Assembly (NCBI GenBank): GCA_034530875.2
Contig: JAVRCJ020000053.1
Location: forward strand, 1-41,820
Reading direction: 5' to 3'
DNA length: 41,820 bases
DNA from: Nostoc sp. DedSLP01
Lineage (GTDB): Bacteria; Cyanobacteriota; Cyanobacteriia; Cyanobacteriales; Nostocaceae
The translations under genes and the position numbers were made by a program. Below are positions 18,401-27,360 of this stretch, in pieces. Below the pieces are notes generated by a model. That model ran no database searches. It saw nothing but the letters and a program-made list of their open reading frames with translations, and was not told the origin of the DNA. Positions within the stretch are counted from its first letter, which is position 1. Each line of letters starts with the position of its first letter.

Positions 18401-21400
18401 GCTGAACATCCGAGTTTTAGAGAATTACTAAGTCGAGTCCGACGGATATGTTTAGAAGCATACACCCATCAGGATGTACCATTTGAGCAGCTAGTTGAAG
18501 TTTTGCAACCAGAACGCGATCCCAGTCATACTCCTATTTTTCAGGTGATGTTTGCTTTGCAAAATGCACCAATAGGAGAATTACAATTACCAAATTTAAA
18601 TGTAGGAGTTTTAGAACCATTAGTAACAACGGCAAAATTTGACATCACTTTGTCAATGGAAGAACTAAATGGGCAGTTAATAGGTGAGTGGGAATATAAT
18701 ACGGATTTATTTGATGATTCAACAATGGAGCGAATGCTCAAAAATTTCCAAGTTTTATTATCTGAGATATTGACCGATCCCGAACAAAATATTTGGCAAT
18801 TACCTTTACTAACTGAATCAGAAAAGCATCAATTATTAATTGCTTGGAATCATAGTGAGGTAAATATTAATAATGATAAATATATTTATCAATTGTTTGA
18901 AGAACAGGTAGAAAAAACACCTGATGCGATTGCGGTGGTGTTTGAAAATGAAGAAATAACCTATGAAGAACTCAACAAGAAAGCTAATCAAGTAGCAAAT
19001 TATCTGCGAAAACTAGGAATCAGTACGAATAAATTAGTCGGATTGTGTTTAGAACCATCTTTAGCAAGAATTATTGGGTTATTAGGAATTCTCAAAGCTG
19101 GAGGTGTCTATTTACCACTAGACCCAGTTTACCCTCAAGAACGTCTCAGGTTTATGATTGAGGACTCCCAAATTACTATTCTTTTGACCCAAAAATCTTT
19201 AGCTGATAAGTTATTCATAAATTTGCTGCAAGTTGTGAATTTAGATGCAGATTGGCTAGATATTGGAATCGAATCTACAAACAATCTGCAAAGTTGTATA
19301 AGTGCGGACAATCTGGCTTATATTATTTATACCTCTGGTTCAACAGGAACACCGAAAGGAGTTTTGATTTCACATGAAGCGATCGCTCATCACTGTCAGA
19401 ATGTTATACAACACTACCAGCTCAATTCGAGCGATCGCATTTTACAATTTGCCTCCCTCAGTTTCGATGCTTCTTTGGAGCAAATTTTAACAACGCTAGT
19501 AGTGGGAGCTACGCTGATCGTTGCTGACGCGAAATTATTATCTCCCTGGGAATTTCACCAAAAATTGATTGATTATAGTTTGACTGTTGTTGACATTCCT
19601 CCTGCTTACTTAACTCAATGGTTGCAGTCTCTAGATGAAAAGACTTGTTTCGCTCCCATAAATAAACTGAGATTAGTCATTTGCGGTGGTGAAGCACTAC
19701 CAGCAGAAACCCTAAAAATTTGGTACAAAAGTCCGATAAAAGGAGTAAGCTTAATTAATGCTTACGGGCCTACAGAAGCAACCATAACAGCGATCGCTTT
19801 TACAGTTCCTCAAGACATTACAGCAATCGAATCTTATACTAACATTCCCATTGGTCGTCCCTTACCAAACCGCAAAGTATATATTCTCGATCCTCAAAAA
19901 AATCTCGTTCCTATCGGTGCTATAGGGGAGTTATATCTTGGGGGAGAGAGTTTAGCACAAGGTTATTTAAATCGACCGACATTAACGAATGAGAAGTTCA
20001 TTTTTCATCCACTAGAAAATACCAAATTATATAAAACGGGAGATTTAGCTCGTTATTTACCTGATGGTAATATCCAATTTCTGGGACGCATCGATAACCA
20101 AGTTAAAATACGCGGTTTCAGAATAGAATTAGGAGAAATCGAAGCTTTATTAAATCAACATCCAGATTTGAAGGAAGCTAAAGTTATCGCTAGAGAATAT
20201 ATACCTGGCGAACAAAGATTAATTGCTTATATTATTCCCTACTCTGCCAAAGAGGCAGTAGATAATAAAGAAATAACCTTATTACAATCACAAATATCCC
20301 ATAAATTACGTGATTATTTGAAACAGAAGCTACCTGATTATATGGTTCCTTCTGCTTTCGTGACTTTAGAATCTTTCCCTTTGACTCCCAATGGTAAAAT
20401 TGACTATCATGTTCTTCCTGCTCCCGATTTTTCTGCTTCTCAAATTAAATATACGGCTCCAATAACTCATACACAAAAAATTCTTGCTAATATCTGGAGT
20501 CAAATCCTGAAAGTAGAAAATATTGGCATTGATGATAACTTCTTTGAGTTAGGCGGACATTCATTGCTGGCAACTGTTCTTGTCTCGCGTATCAGACAAA
20601 CCTTTAATCAAGAAATACCATTAAGATTACTTTTTGAATATCCTACTATTTCGCAACTTTCTCTTGCGATCGGTATTACTGAACAAACTAACAATTATTT
20701 ATTATTGCCACCAATTGAACCCAGACAGCAACAAGAAAATCTACCACTTTCATTTGCTCAACAACGTCTTTGGTTTCTCGCGCAAATAGAACCCAACAGC
20801 ACTGCTTATAATATGCCCTTCAAGCTACGACTTGAGGGTGTATTAAATATTACTGCCTTAGAAAAAAGTATAAGCGAAATTATACAACGTCATGAAATTC
20901 TGCGAACTAATTTTATTTCAAAATACGGAGAACCAACTCAAGTAATTACTAAAAATATTGATTTCAAATTACTTATCATTGATTTACAATCGTTGCCTAA
21001 TAAACAACGAGAAATAGAAGCAGAAAACATAGCTCAACAAGAAGCAGAAACACCTGTTAACCTAGCAAAAGATGTTCTCTTTCGTGTTAAACTGTTGCGG
21101 TTGAAGGCAGAATCGCATCTACTGTTATTTAATATTCATCACATTATTTTTGATGGTTGGTCTGATGATATATTGCAACGGGAACTGGCAGCACTTTATC
21201 AAGCCTTTTCTACAGGAAATCCTTTACAATTACCATCCCTTTCCATCCAATATGCTGATTTTGCCTTGTATCAACACCGCTGGTTTACAGATGAATTTTT
21301 AGAACCTCAACTTGTTTATTGGAAACAACAATTAGGTGGAGACTTACCTGTTTTAGAATTACCTATGGACTCTCCTCGTCCACAAGTACAAACTTACCAA

Positions 21401-24400
21401 GGTGCTTCCCATACTCTGTTGTTATCTTCGGAATTAACCGCAAACATCAAAACCCTCTGCCAAAAAGAAGGGGTCACTTTATTTATGACTCTATTGGCAG
21501 CATTTAAAGTATTACTTTCTCGCTACAGTGGACAAGAAGATATAATTGTGGGAACTCCCATCGTGGGACGAAATCGCACAGAAATTGAAAATTTAATTGG
21601 GTTTTTTGTCAACACTTTGGCTTTGCGGAGCGATTTGAGTGGAGATCCTAGTTTCCGAGAATTACTAAATCGCGTTCGACAAGTTACTTTAGACGCTTAT
21701 ACTCATCAAGATTTACCTTTTCAAAAGCTAGTAGAAGAACTCAAACTTGCAAAAAGTGTCAGTTATAATCCGGTATTTCAAGTTTGGTTTAACATGGTTA
21801 CCTTGGTTCATAATTCTCTCAAACTTAATGATTTAATAGTCGAACCAATTTCTATTATTGAAACCACTTCTAAGTTTGATTTGAGTCTCTATGTAGGAGA
21901 AGAAAATAATCAAATTCATTTGCGATTTGTTTACAATACGGTTCTCTTCAATGTAGATACAATTCAATGGATGGCAACGCATTTCCAGAAATTGCTAGAA
22001 AGAATTTCTACTCATCCAGAAAAAACAATCTCTAGTTTCTCGATTTTAACTGAAACGGAGCGTTATGAATTAACACATCAGCGTCATCAAGTTAGTCCTA
22101 CTAATTCATTTATAGAATTTCCAAAACAAGAAATTGAACAATCTATACCATCGCGATTTGAGCAGCAAGTAGCAAAATACCCTCATCATATTGCTGTCAA
22201 AACTCAAAATTATCAATGGACTTATAAAGAGTTAAATACTCAAGCGTGGAGGATAGCTCAAGCACTTCTTGAGGAAAATAACGAGCAAGAGGGTAAAATT
22301 GCCTTGTTATTTGACCATGATGCACCAATGATAGCTACAATATTGGGAGTCCTAAAAGCAGGTAAAACTTATATTCCTCTTGACCCCAAATATCCCCAAG
22401 ATAGGGTTTTATATATTCTCGAAGATTCCCTTGCTCAAGTGGTTTTAACTAATCACAAAAATTTGAGTTATGCTCAACAATTAGTTCAGGATAAATTGCC
22501 TGTTATTAATATTGACGATATTCAGATTAATGATTCGTTTTTAGAAATTAACCAAGAAATATCACTAGATAATATTGCCTATATTCTTTATACTTCTGGT
22601 TCGACAGGAAAACCCAAAGGAGTTATCCAAAATCACCGCAATGTCTTACATTTCATTAGAAACTATACTAATAATCTTCATATTTCATCAGAAGACAAAT
22701 TAAGTTTATTTGCATCTTATAGTTTCGATGCAGCAATTATTGATATTTTTTCGGCTCTTTTGAATGGTGCTACTCTGTATCCGTTTGATATCAAATCAGA
22801 AGGTTTAGCTCACTTAGCTGAGTGGTTAGAAGTAGAGAAAATTACTATCTATCATTCGACTCCTACGGTTTATCGACATTTTATTGAGATATTAAATTCC
22901 AAAGAATCAATTGCCAAAAAGCAGCTTTCTCAGGTGCGTTTAGTGGTATTGGGAGGAGAACAAGTTGTCAAAAATGATGTTGAATTATATCAAAAATTAT
23001 TTGCAGATGAATGTATTTTTGTGAATGGTTTAGGCTCAACAGAATCTTCTTTCAATCTTCAATATTTAATTGATAAAAACACCAAAATTACTCAGAGGAA
23101 TGTTCCAGCAGGTTATGCTTTTGAAGACACAGAAATCATTCTGCTTAATCGTGAATGTAAGCCAACCGATATCTATGGAGAAATAGCGATTAGAAGTGCT
23201 TATATTTCCCTTGGATATTGGCAGAAACCAGAATTAACAAAAGCAGCATTTTTAGAAGATCCGGAGGGTGGAAATAAAAGAATTTACCGCACTGGAGACT
23301 TGGGACGCTTGCGAGCTAATGGTGTCATAGAATGTTTGGGTAGAAAAGATTTTCAAGTTAAAATTCGTGGTTTTCGTATTGAATTAGGAGAAATTGAAGC
23401 TTTATTAAACCAACATCCTCAAATTAAAGAAACTGTTGTCATTGCTAGAGAATCTATGAATGGAGAGAAGCTATTAGTAGCTTATATTATTCCTAGAAAA
23501 GGTGAGAATATTATCAATGGAATAAAACAGTACTTGGAGCAAAAATTACCTGATTATATGCTTCCTGCTGCTTTTGTTGTACTTGATGTTATGCCTTTAA
23601 CTCCTAATGGTAAAATTAATCGTCTTGCGCTTCCCATTCCTGATTTTAACAAGTTGAAATCGGCAGAATATACTGCCCCATCTGATGATTTAGAACTAAA
23701 ACTTACTAAAATTTGGGAAAATGTGTTGGGTGTTCATCCTCTTGGGTTGAATGATAACTTTTTTGATGTAGGAGGACATTCTCTACTAGCTATAAGGCTA
23801 GTTACTCAAATTGAAAATATATTAGGTAAAAATATTACTCCAAATACTTTTTTTCAAGCTCCTACAATTAAAAAGCTAGCTAATATACTTCGTCAAAAAG
23901 AATTTTCAACTTCTAATTCTTCATTAGTTCCGATTCAACCTCATGGCTCCAAAAGACCTTTTTTCTATATACATACTATTTACGGAAGTTTGATATATAG
24001 CCTAAATTTGTTGTCTAAATTAGATGCAGATCAACCAGTTTATGGATTACAAGCAAAGGGTTTAGATGGTATAGAATCTCCCCATACCTGTGTTGAGGAT
24101 ATGGCATCTCATTATATTAAAGAAATAAAAACTGTTCAGCCACACGGGCCATATTTTCTGGGGGGATGGTGTGCAGGAGGTGTGATAGCTTATGAAATGG
24201 CACAACAACTTTACGCTCAAGGAGAGACTGTTGAATTACTAACTATTTTTGATGCCTATCCTCCGAAAATGATACCTTCAGCAAATAAAGGTGTGAATTC
24301 TGTATCTCCTATCAAAATAAAGTTATCTCGTATCCATGAATCTGTATTGAGTTTAAAGGATATGATTAAGCGCAGCTGTAGCTCTTTTGCTAATTTGACA

Positions 24401-24796
24401 TTTCAACAGCAGATAAAATCGGTTTTGGAAAAGATTAATCACCGAATTGAAAATCTAATTAAGGAAAATGTTTACCAATTTTATGTAAGGAAGAATCTGC
24501 CTTTACCTTCTGCATTTATCAACTTAGCAGTGAGAGATGCGATCGCGATTGCTTACAAAAATTATTATCCTACAGTTTATCCAGGGAAAGTAATCTTTTT
24601 TAGAGCAGTCGAACAAACTCAAGAATATACTCGTTATCTGGAAAGGTGGGAAGAATTAGCTGGTGGCGGTTTAGAAATTCATGATATTCCTGGTCATCAT
24701 GATAGTATTATGTCTGAACCTCATGTACGGGTTTTAGCTGAAAAATTAAAAGTTTGTATTGAAAGGTTGACTATCAAGGGGCGATGTCTGAGTTGA
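15425..24796 (+). CDS. Non-ribosomal peptide synthetase, A-T-C-A-T-C-A-T-TE
   Basis: Three YTSGSTGxPKG / YK(R)TGDL / KIRGFRIELGEIE A domains; T-domain GGHSL serines at ~17318, 20561 and 23780; C-domain HHIIFDG at ~17900 and 21137; TE motif GWCAGG at 24164-24181. Confidence 0.97.
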   Translation: MKNTEDTFLESYANPEQFWCGFLHGFTAPVTEQERHQLLIEWNQTQTDYPQDKCIHELFEEQVEKTPDAIAVVFVDAQSATSPTHSVSDRRRVNRQLTYQELNQRANKLANYLQSLGVGSEVLVGICVERSLEMLIGILGILKAGGAYLPLDIAYPQERLAFMLSDSQVSILLTQQHLVEKLPEHQARIICLDTDWEDIVKTPSQPTKIAVKPSNLAYVIYTSGSTGQPKGVLISHCNVVRLFAATQPWFQFSQNDIWSLFHSYAFDFSVWEIWGALLYGGRLVIVPYYVSRSPELFYNLLLQEKITVLNQTPSAFQQLIQFEASLSNNINSTSNLNLRFVIFGGEALNIQSLKPWFDRHGDKFPQLVNMYGITETTVHVTYRPINIADLNSSSKVIGCTIPDLQFYILDSHLQPVPVGVAGEIYVGGAGLARGYLNRPELTAQRFISHPFNNQPEARLYKTGDLARYLPNGDLEYLGRIDNQVKIRGFRIELGEIETLLNQHPNLREAKVIAREDLPGDKRLVAYIIPNFIKAEFNSLQSEISYQIRDYLKQQLPDYMIPAAFVVLECFPLTNNGKVDYRALPAPNYTSVRSNYVAPQNPTEKVIADIWSQVLKVDNIGIDDNFFELGGHSLLATQVLSRIRQAFNQEIPIHLLFEFPTIVEFSKHIGITKTNNNNNLLIPLIEPRQQLEIPLSFAQQRLWFLDQLQPNNTAYNLVYSLKIQGLLNIPILEKSIADIIERHELLRTNFIVIDGQAIQTINNNWKNSFSLPVINLQWLSDDRLKIEVATIAKQEVETSFNLAKDTLFRVRLLQLSAEKFILIFNIHHIIFDGWSFGILFAELNAIYTAYCEGLTSPLTKLSIQYADFSLWQRKWLTDRSLESQFNYWKQQLSGILPILELPIDRPRPRVQTYTGTTKTFVLSPELTASITSFSQKEGVTLFMTLLTAFKVLLCRYSGQEDVIVGTPIAGRNRREIEGLIGFFVNTLALRINLAEHPSFRELLSRVRRICLEAYTHQDVPFEQLVEVLQPERDPSHTPIFQVMFALQNAPIGELQLPNLNVGVLEPLVTTAKFDITLSMEELNGQLIGEWEYNTDLFDDSTMERMLKNFQVLLSEILTDPEQNIWQLPLLTESEKHQLLIAWNHSEVNINNDKYIYQLFEEQVEKTPDAIAVVFENEEITYEELNKKANQVANYLRKLGISTNKLVGLCLEPSLARIIGLLGILKAGGVYLPLDPVYPQERLRFMIEDSQITILLTQKSLADKLFINLLQVVNLDADWLDIGIESTNNLQSCISADNLAYIIYTSGSTGTPKGVLISHEAIAHHCQNVIQHYQLNSSDRILQFASLSFDASLEQILTTLVVGATLIVADAKLLSPWEFHQKLIDYSLTVVDIPPAYLTQWLQSLDEKTCFAPINKLRLVICGGEALPAETLKIWYKSPIKGVSLINAYGPTEATITAIAFTVPQDITAIESYTNIPIGRPLPNRKVYILDPQKNLVPIGAIGELYLGGESLAQGYLNRPTLTNEKFIFHPLENTKLYKTGDLARYLPDGNIQFLGRIDNQVKIRGFRIELGEIEALLNQHPDLKEAKVIAREYIPGEQRLIAYIIPYSAKEAVDNKEITLLQSQISHKLRDYLKQKLPDYMVPSAFVTLESFPLTPNGKIDYHVLPAPDFSASQIKYTAPITHTQKILANIWSQILKVENIGIDDNFFELGGHSLLATVLVSRIRQTFNQEIPLRLLFEYPTISQLSLAIGITEQTNNYLLLPPIEPRQQQENLPLSFAQQRLWFLAQIEPNSTAYNMPFKLRLEGVLNITALEKSISEIIQRHEILRTNFISKYGEPTQVITKNIDFKLLIIDLQSLPNKQREIEAENIAQQEAETPVNLAKDVLFRVKLLRLKAESHLLLFNIHHIIFDGWSDDILQRELAALYQAFSTGNPLQLPSLSIQYADFALYQHRWFTDEFLEPQLVYWKQQLGGDLPVLELPMDSPRPQVQTYQGASHTLLLSSELTANIKTLCQKEGVTLFMTLLAAFKVLLSRYSGQEDIIVGTPIVGRNRTEIENLIGFFVNTLALRSDLSGDPSFRELLNRVRQVTLDAYTHQDLPFQKLVEELKLAKSVSYNPVFQVWFNMVTLVHNSLKLNDLIVEPISIIETTSKFDLSLYVGEENNQIHLRFVYNTVLFNVDTIQWMATHFQKLLERISTHPEKTISSFSILTETERYELTHQRHQVSPTNSFIEFPKQEIEQSIPSRFEQQVAKYPHHIAVKTQNYQWTYKELNTQAWRIAQALLEENNEQEGKIALLFDHDAPMIATILGVLKAGKTYIPLDPKYPQDRVLYILEDSLAQVVLTNHKNLSYAQQLVQDKLPVINIDDIQINDSFLEINQEISLDNIAYILYTSGSTGKPKGVIQNHRNVLHFIRNYTNNLHISSEDKLSLFASYSFDAAIIDIFSALLNGATLYPFDIKSEGLAHLAEWLEVEKITIYHSTPTVYRHFIEILNSKESIAKKQLSQVRLVVLGGEQVVKNDVELYQKLFADECIFVNGLGSTESSFNLQYLIDKNTKITQRNVPAGYAFEDTEIILLNRECKPTDIYGEIAIRSAYISLGYWQKPELTKAAFLEDPEGGNKRIYRTGDLGRLRANGVIECLGRKDFQVKIRGFRIELGEIEALLNQHPQIKETVVIARESMNGEKLLVAYIIPRKGENIINGIKQYLEQKLPDYMLPAAFVVLDVMPLTPNGKINRLALPIPDFNKLKSAEYTAPSDDLELKLTKIWENVLGVHPLGLNDNFFDVGGHSLLAIRLVTQIENILGKNITPNTFFQAPTIKKLANILRQKEFSTSNSSLVPIQPHGSKRPFFYIHTIYGSLIYSLNLLSKLDADQPVYGLQAKGLDGIESPHTCVEDMASHYIKEIKTVQPHGPYFLGGWCAGGVIAYEMAQQLYAQGETVELLTIFDAYPPKMIPSANKGVNSVSPIKIKLSRIHESVLSLKDMIKRSCSSFANLTFQQQIKSVLEKINHRIENLIKENVYQFYVRKNLPLPSAFINLAVRDAIAIAYKNYYPTVYPGKVIFFRAVEQTQEYTRYLERWEELAGGGLEIHDIPGHHDSIMSEPHVRVLAEKLKVCIERLTIKGRCLS
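15647..15703 (+). repeat. In-frame SDR-like mini-element inside NRPS module 1
   Basis: VVF-VDAQSATSPTHSVSDRRRV-NRQLTY versus VVF-E-NEEITY in module 2; GC-rich with hairpin TTCTCCT...AGGAGAA. Confidence 0.75.
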
Positions 24797-24812
24797 GTGA
24801 TTCTGGATTAAT

Positions 24813-25234
24813 TAGATTTGTCCTAAATATTAACTTAGGAAAAGAAAAATAGTAAAACGTTAAATTGAGTATCTACCATTTTTCAGAATTAGTTATGGTT
24901 TTTGATTATATAGAGAAATACCCACACCGGACAAAACAAATTTTAGGAATTAGTTATGAACAACTACAATCACTGTTAAGATGTGCCGAAAAGTGAGACG
25001 TATGAGCAAATGATTTTAATAGTCTGTGGGTTGGGTAGATTGAGAATTGGTAGTTTGTTTTTCCAAACTTAGTACTATAAATAATTGTAAAATTTGAAAA
25101 ATTAGGAGTTGATTTTTATGCCTCTAAACTATCACTAACTATCTTAAACTCTTGTAATTACGTTTTGACGCATATATCAAAGTTTTGTCTCAAAGTTTTG
25201 AACAGTCCGGTTTTGGAATTTTCGGACAAGTCTA
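24813..25234 (+). mobile_element. Internally deleted IS5/ISL2-type element (MITE) with both terminal repeats
   Basis: TAGATTTGTCCTAAA versus reverse complement of right end TAGACTTGTCCGAAA, flanked by TA. It carries a transposase N-terminus MVFDYIEKYPHRTKQILGISYEQLQSLL (24895-24996) abutting the C-terminus TYEQMILIVCGLGRLRIG (to 25072). Confidence 0.75.
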
Positions 25235-25545
25235 GAGAATCGCAATATATTCTGCTGATGCGATCGCACAAAGATTGCATCTGTTCACATTCGCCAGGCA
25301 AGTAGTTATAAGATTTGAGATGCTGCACCTCAACGGTCACTTCTCCATCCCAAGTTCTTACAATGCAGCTAAACTCACCAACATAAGTAACAATGCACCA
25401 ACAGCCACCTTTGCCCCTGAGTTCGGGGTTGTCCTTGGCTAAAATTTGGCACACTTCACCGATCTGGTAGCTGTTAGGTACTTGGGTGCGTTCCATTATC
25501 TTTTGCACCGCATCTTTTACGATTCGATGAAATGGTACTTTCCCT
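25233..25545 (-). pseudogene. Fragment of a conserved Nostocales plasmid-type hypothetical gene, truncated by the MITE
   Basis: KGKVPFHRIVKDAVQKIMERTQVPNSYQIGEVCQILAKDNPELRGKGGCWCIV...; the frame runs into the MITE end at 25234. Family recognised from recall. Confidence 0.6.
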
Positions 25546-25791
25546 TTGGCAGAATATTGTTTTTGACAATCGCGATCGCTGCTGTGGGTATTGGTGCTAT
25601 CTGGCGCATAAGCTATGTTTGCGATTATAAATCGGATCGCGCAATCTCACATTTTTGGTGAAATCCTACCATTTTGGATGCAAGTAATAGCAGATTCAGG
25701 CAGATTGGGACAATAAACCTGACATATCTAAGTAGCTATTAAAAGTTCAATTCAATTATTCTAATATTAGGCAAGTAGTACAAATTCCACC

Positions 25792-26427
25792 ATGACCACA
25801 AGCATAGCCATTGCAGAAAAAATTACTACCCTTCGCCAAGTCGAAGAGAAACTAGGGTTAAGACTAAGTGAGGATAGTCAATTTTTTACCGAATGGAGGG
25901 CTGAAAAACCTGAATTAAGTGAAGTAGAGCAAGCGAGATTAGAGCAAGTTCGACAAAATTATCTCTATCAAATCTCCTATGGAAGTCTTTTAGAAGAAAC
26001 TATCAAAATGGTTGTCCTGTCACCATTACTTGAACTGGCAGGCTTTTACCAAGCACCCTACAGATTTCAAACCGAGGTATCCGTTGAGATTGAAGCTCAG
26101 GGAGATAATCAAGAGATTTTGCGCGGAAGAATTGATGTTTTAGTTTTGCAAGGTAAATTATGGATTGTCCTAATTGAGTCAAAAAAGACAACCTTCGATC
26201 TAGAATTAGCAATTCCCCAAACATTAGCTTACATGGCTGTTCATCCCAAACCAGAACAACCTTTGTATGGCATGATTGCCAACGGTAGCAGCTTTTTGTT
26301 TGTCAAAACCTTGGGAAAACAGTATGGTATTTCGGATCTATTTGCCACGCGATCCCAGTACCTTAACAATTTATCTGGAGTTTTAAAGATCCTCAAGCAT
26401 TTGGGTAGCATTGTTACAGAGTCTTAA
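25792..26427 (+). CDS. Type I restriction enzyme HsdR N-terminal-like PD-(D/E)XK protein
   Basis: LLEETIKMVVLSPLLELAGFY, GRIDVLV...LIESKK, AIPQTLAYM, YGMIANG. Confidence 0.85.
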   Translation: MTTSIAIAEKITTLRQVEEKLGLRLSEDSQFFTEWRAEKPELSEVEQARLEQVRQNYLYQISYGSLLEETIKMVVLSPLLELAGFYQAPYRFQTEVSVEIEAQGDNQEILRGRIDVLVLQGKLWIVLIESKKTTFDLELAIPQTLAYMAVHPKPEQPLYGMIANGSSFLFVKTLGKQYGISDLFATRSQYLNNLSGVLKILKHLGSIVTES

Positions 26428-26428
26428 G

Positions 26429-26972
26429 CTAGAGAAAGCCAAGCAGCTTACAGCAAAAAAATTTAAGCGTATGACCTTTTTTAAATTCAAAATTCAAAAA
26501 AGGTCATAGCGGATAAAGGGTATCAAGGAATTAAGAAAATACATCAATTGAGTCAAACAACAATTAAAAAACCAAAAGGTGGAACGCTGACAAAAGAGCA
26601 AAAGAAATCTAATCGAGAACTCAACCGATTAAGAATTACTGTTGAACACGTAAATCGTCGTCTAAAAATCTTTAAAATCTTGGATTATAGATATCGAAAT
26701 CGTCATCGACGCTTTGGTTTAAGGTCGAATTTAATTGCGGGAATTTATAATCACGAATTAGCCATATAAATTGCAGTTAATAGTTAAATAGATTAGAGAA
26801 TTTCAGTAATTAATTAATAACTGAAGCGATTTTGGCTCTCAATCTATTTGTTTAGCGATCGCCTGATAATACTTGCTTGAAAAAATTTATAACATCTTAC
26901 TATTTGAATTGCTAAAAATTGAAATTAAAACGACTACTGATTATATCACAAAATATTTATGCAAGAGTTCTA
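26429..26972 (+). mobile_element. IS5/ISL2-type (DDE_Tnp_4) element remnant with an internal deletion
   Basis: N-terminal LEKAKQLTAKKFKRMT (26429-26476); C-terminal KVIADKGYQG...RITVEHVNRRLKIFKIL...RYRNRHRRFGLR (26500-26769); probable right end TTTATGCAAGAGTTCTA (26956-26972). Confidence 0.85.
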
Positions 26973-27093
26973 ATCTTTCCATTAGGGCTGAGCACAATTG
27001 ACCAAATCCGCCCCGTGTGCGCTTCTATTATTTGCATATTGAGCTACAGCCTGAATTTTTAACTTTCCAGATTTTTTACAAAAGAATATATGA

Positions 27094-27172
27094 GAAAGGA
27101 AAAGGGAACAGGGAACAGGGAGACAAGGGGGATAATTCTTTACTTCTGACTCCTGACCGCTGACAACTAACC
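27094..27172. repeat. STRR heptamer runs (AGGGAAC and CTGACTC types)
   Basis: agggaac agggaac agggaga; ctgactc ctgaccg ctgacaa ctaaccc. Confidence 0.65.
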
Positions 27173-27360
27173 CCTTAAATTTCCTTACTTAACCTTAATT
27201 AACCTTTTTTGTTGTTCAATTTTGGGGAATCAAACTCCTTAAGTTATCCACATTTACTTTTTTGAGTGTAACAGGCAACTTATTAATAACAGCGATTGCT
27301 GCTTTGAACAAATATAGCTAATACACAAACTCATAACCAAATCAAAGGAAACATAAAATT

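Noticed and set aside
24886..24958. Direct repeat GAATTAGTTATG x2 as CRISPR repeats or iterons
   Set aside because: Only two 12-bp copies, both within an IS remnant; no CRISPR array or cas gene in the window
25792..26427. Complete type I restriction-modification system
   Set aside because: Only a stand-alone nuclease-like domain; no hsdM, hsdS or helicase
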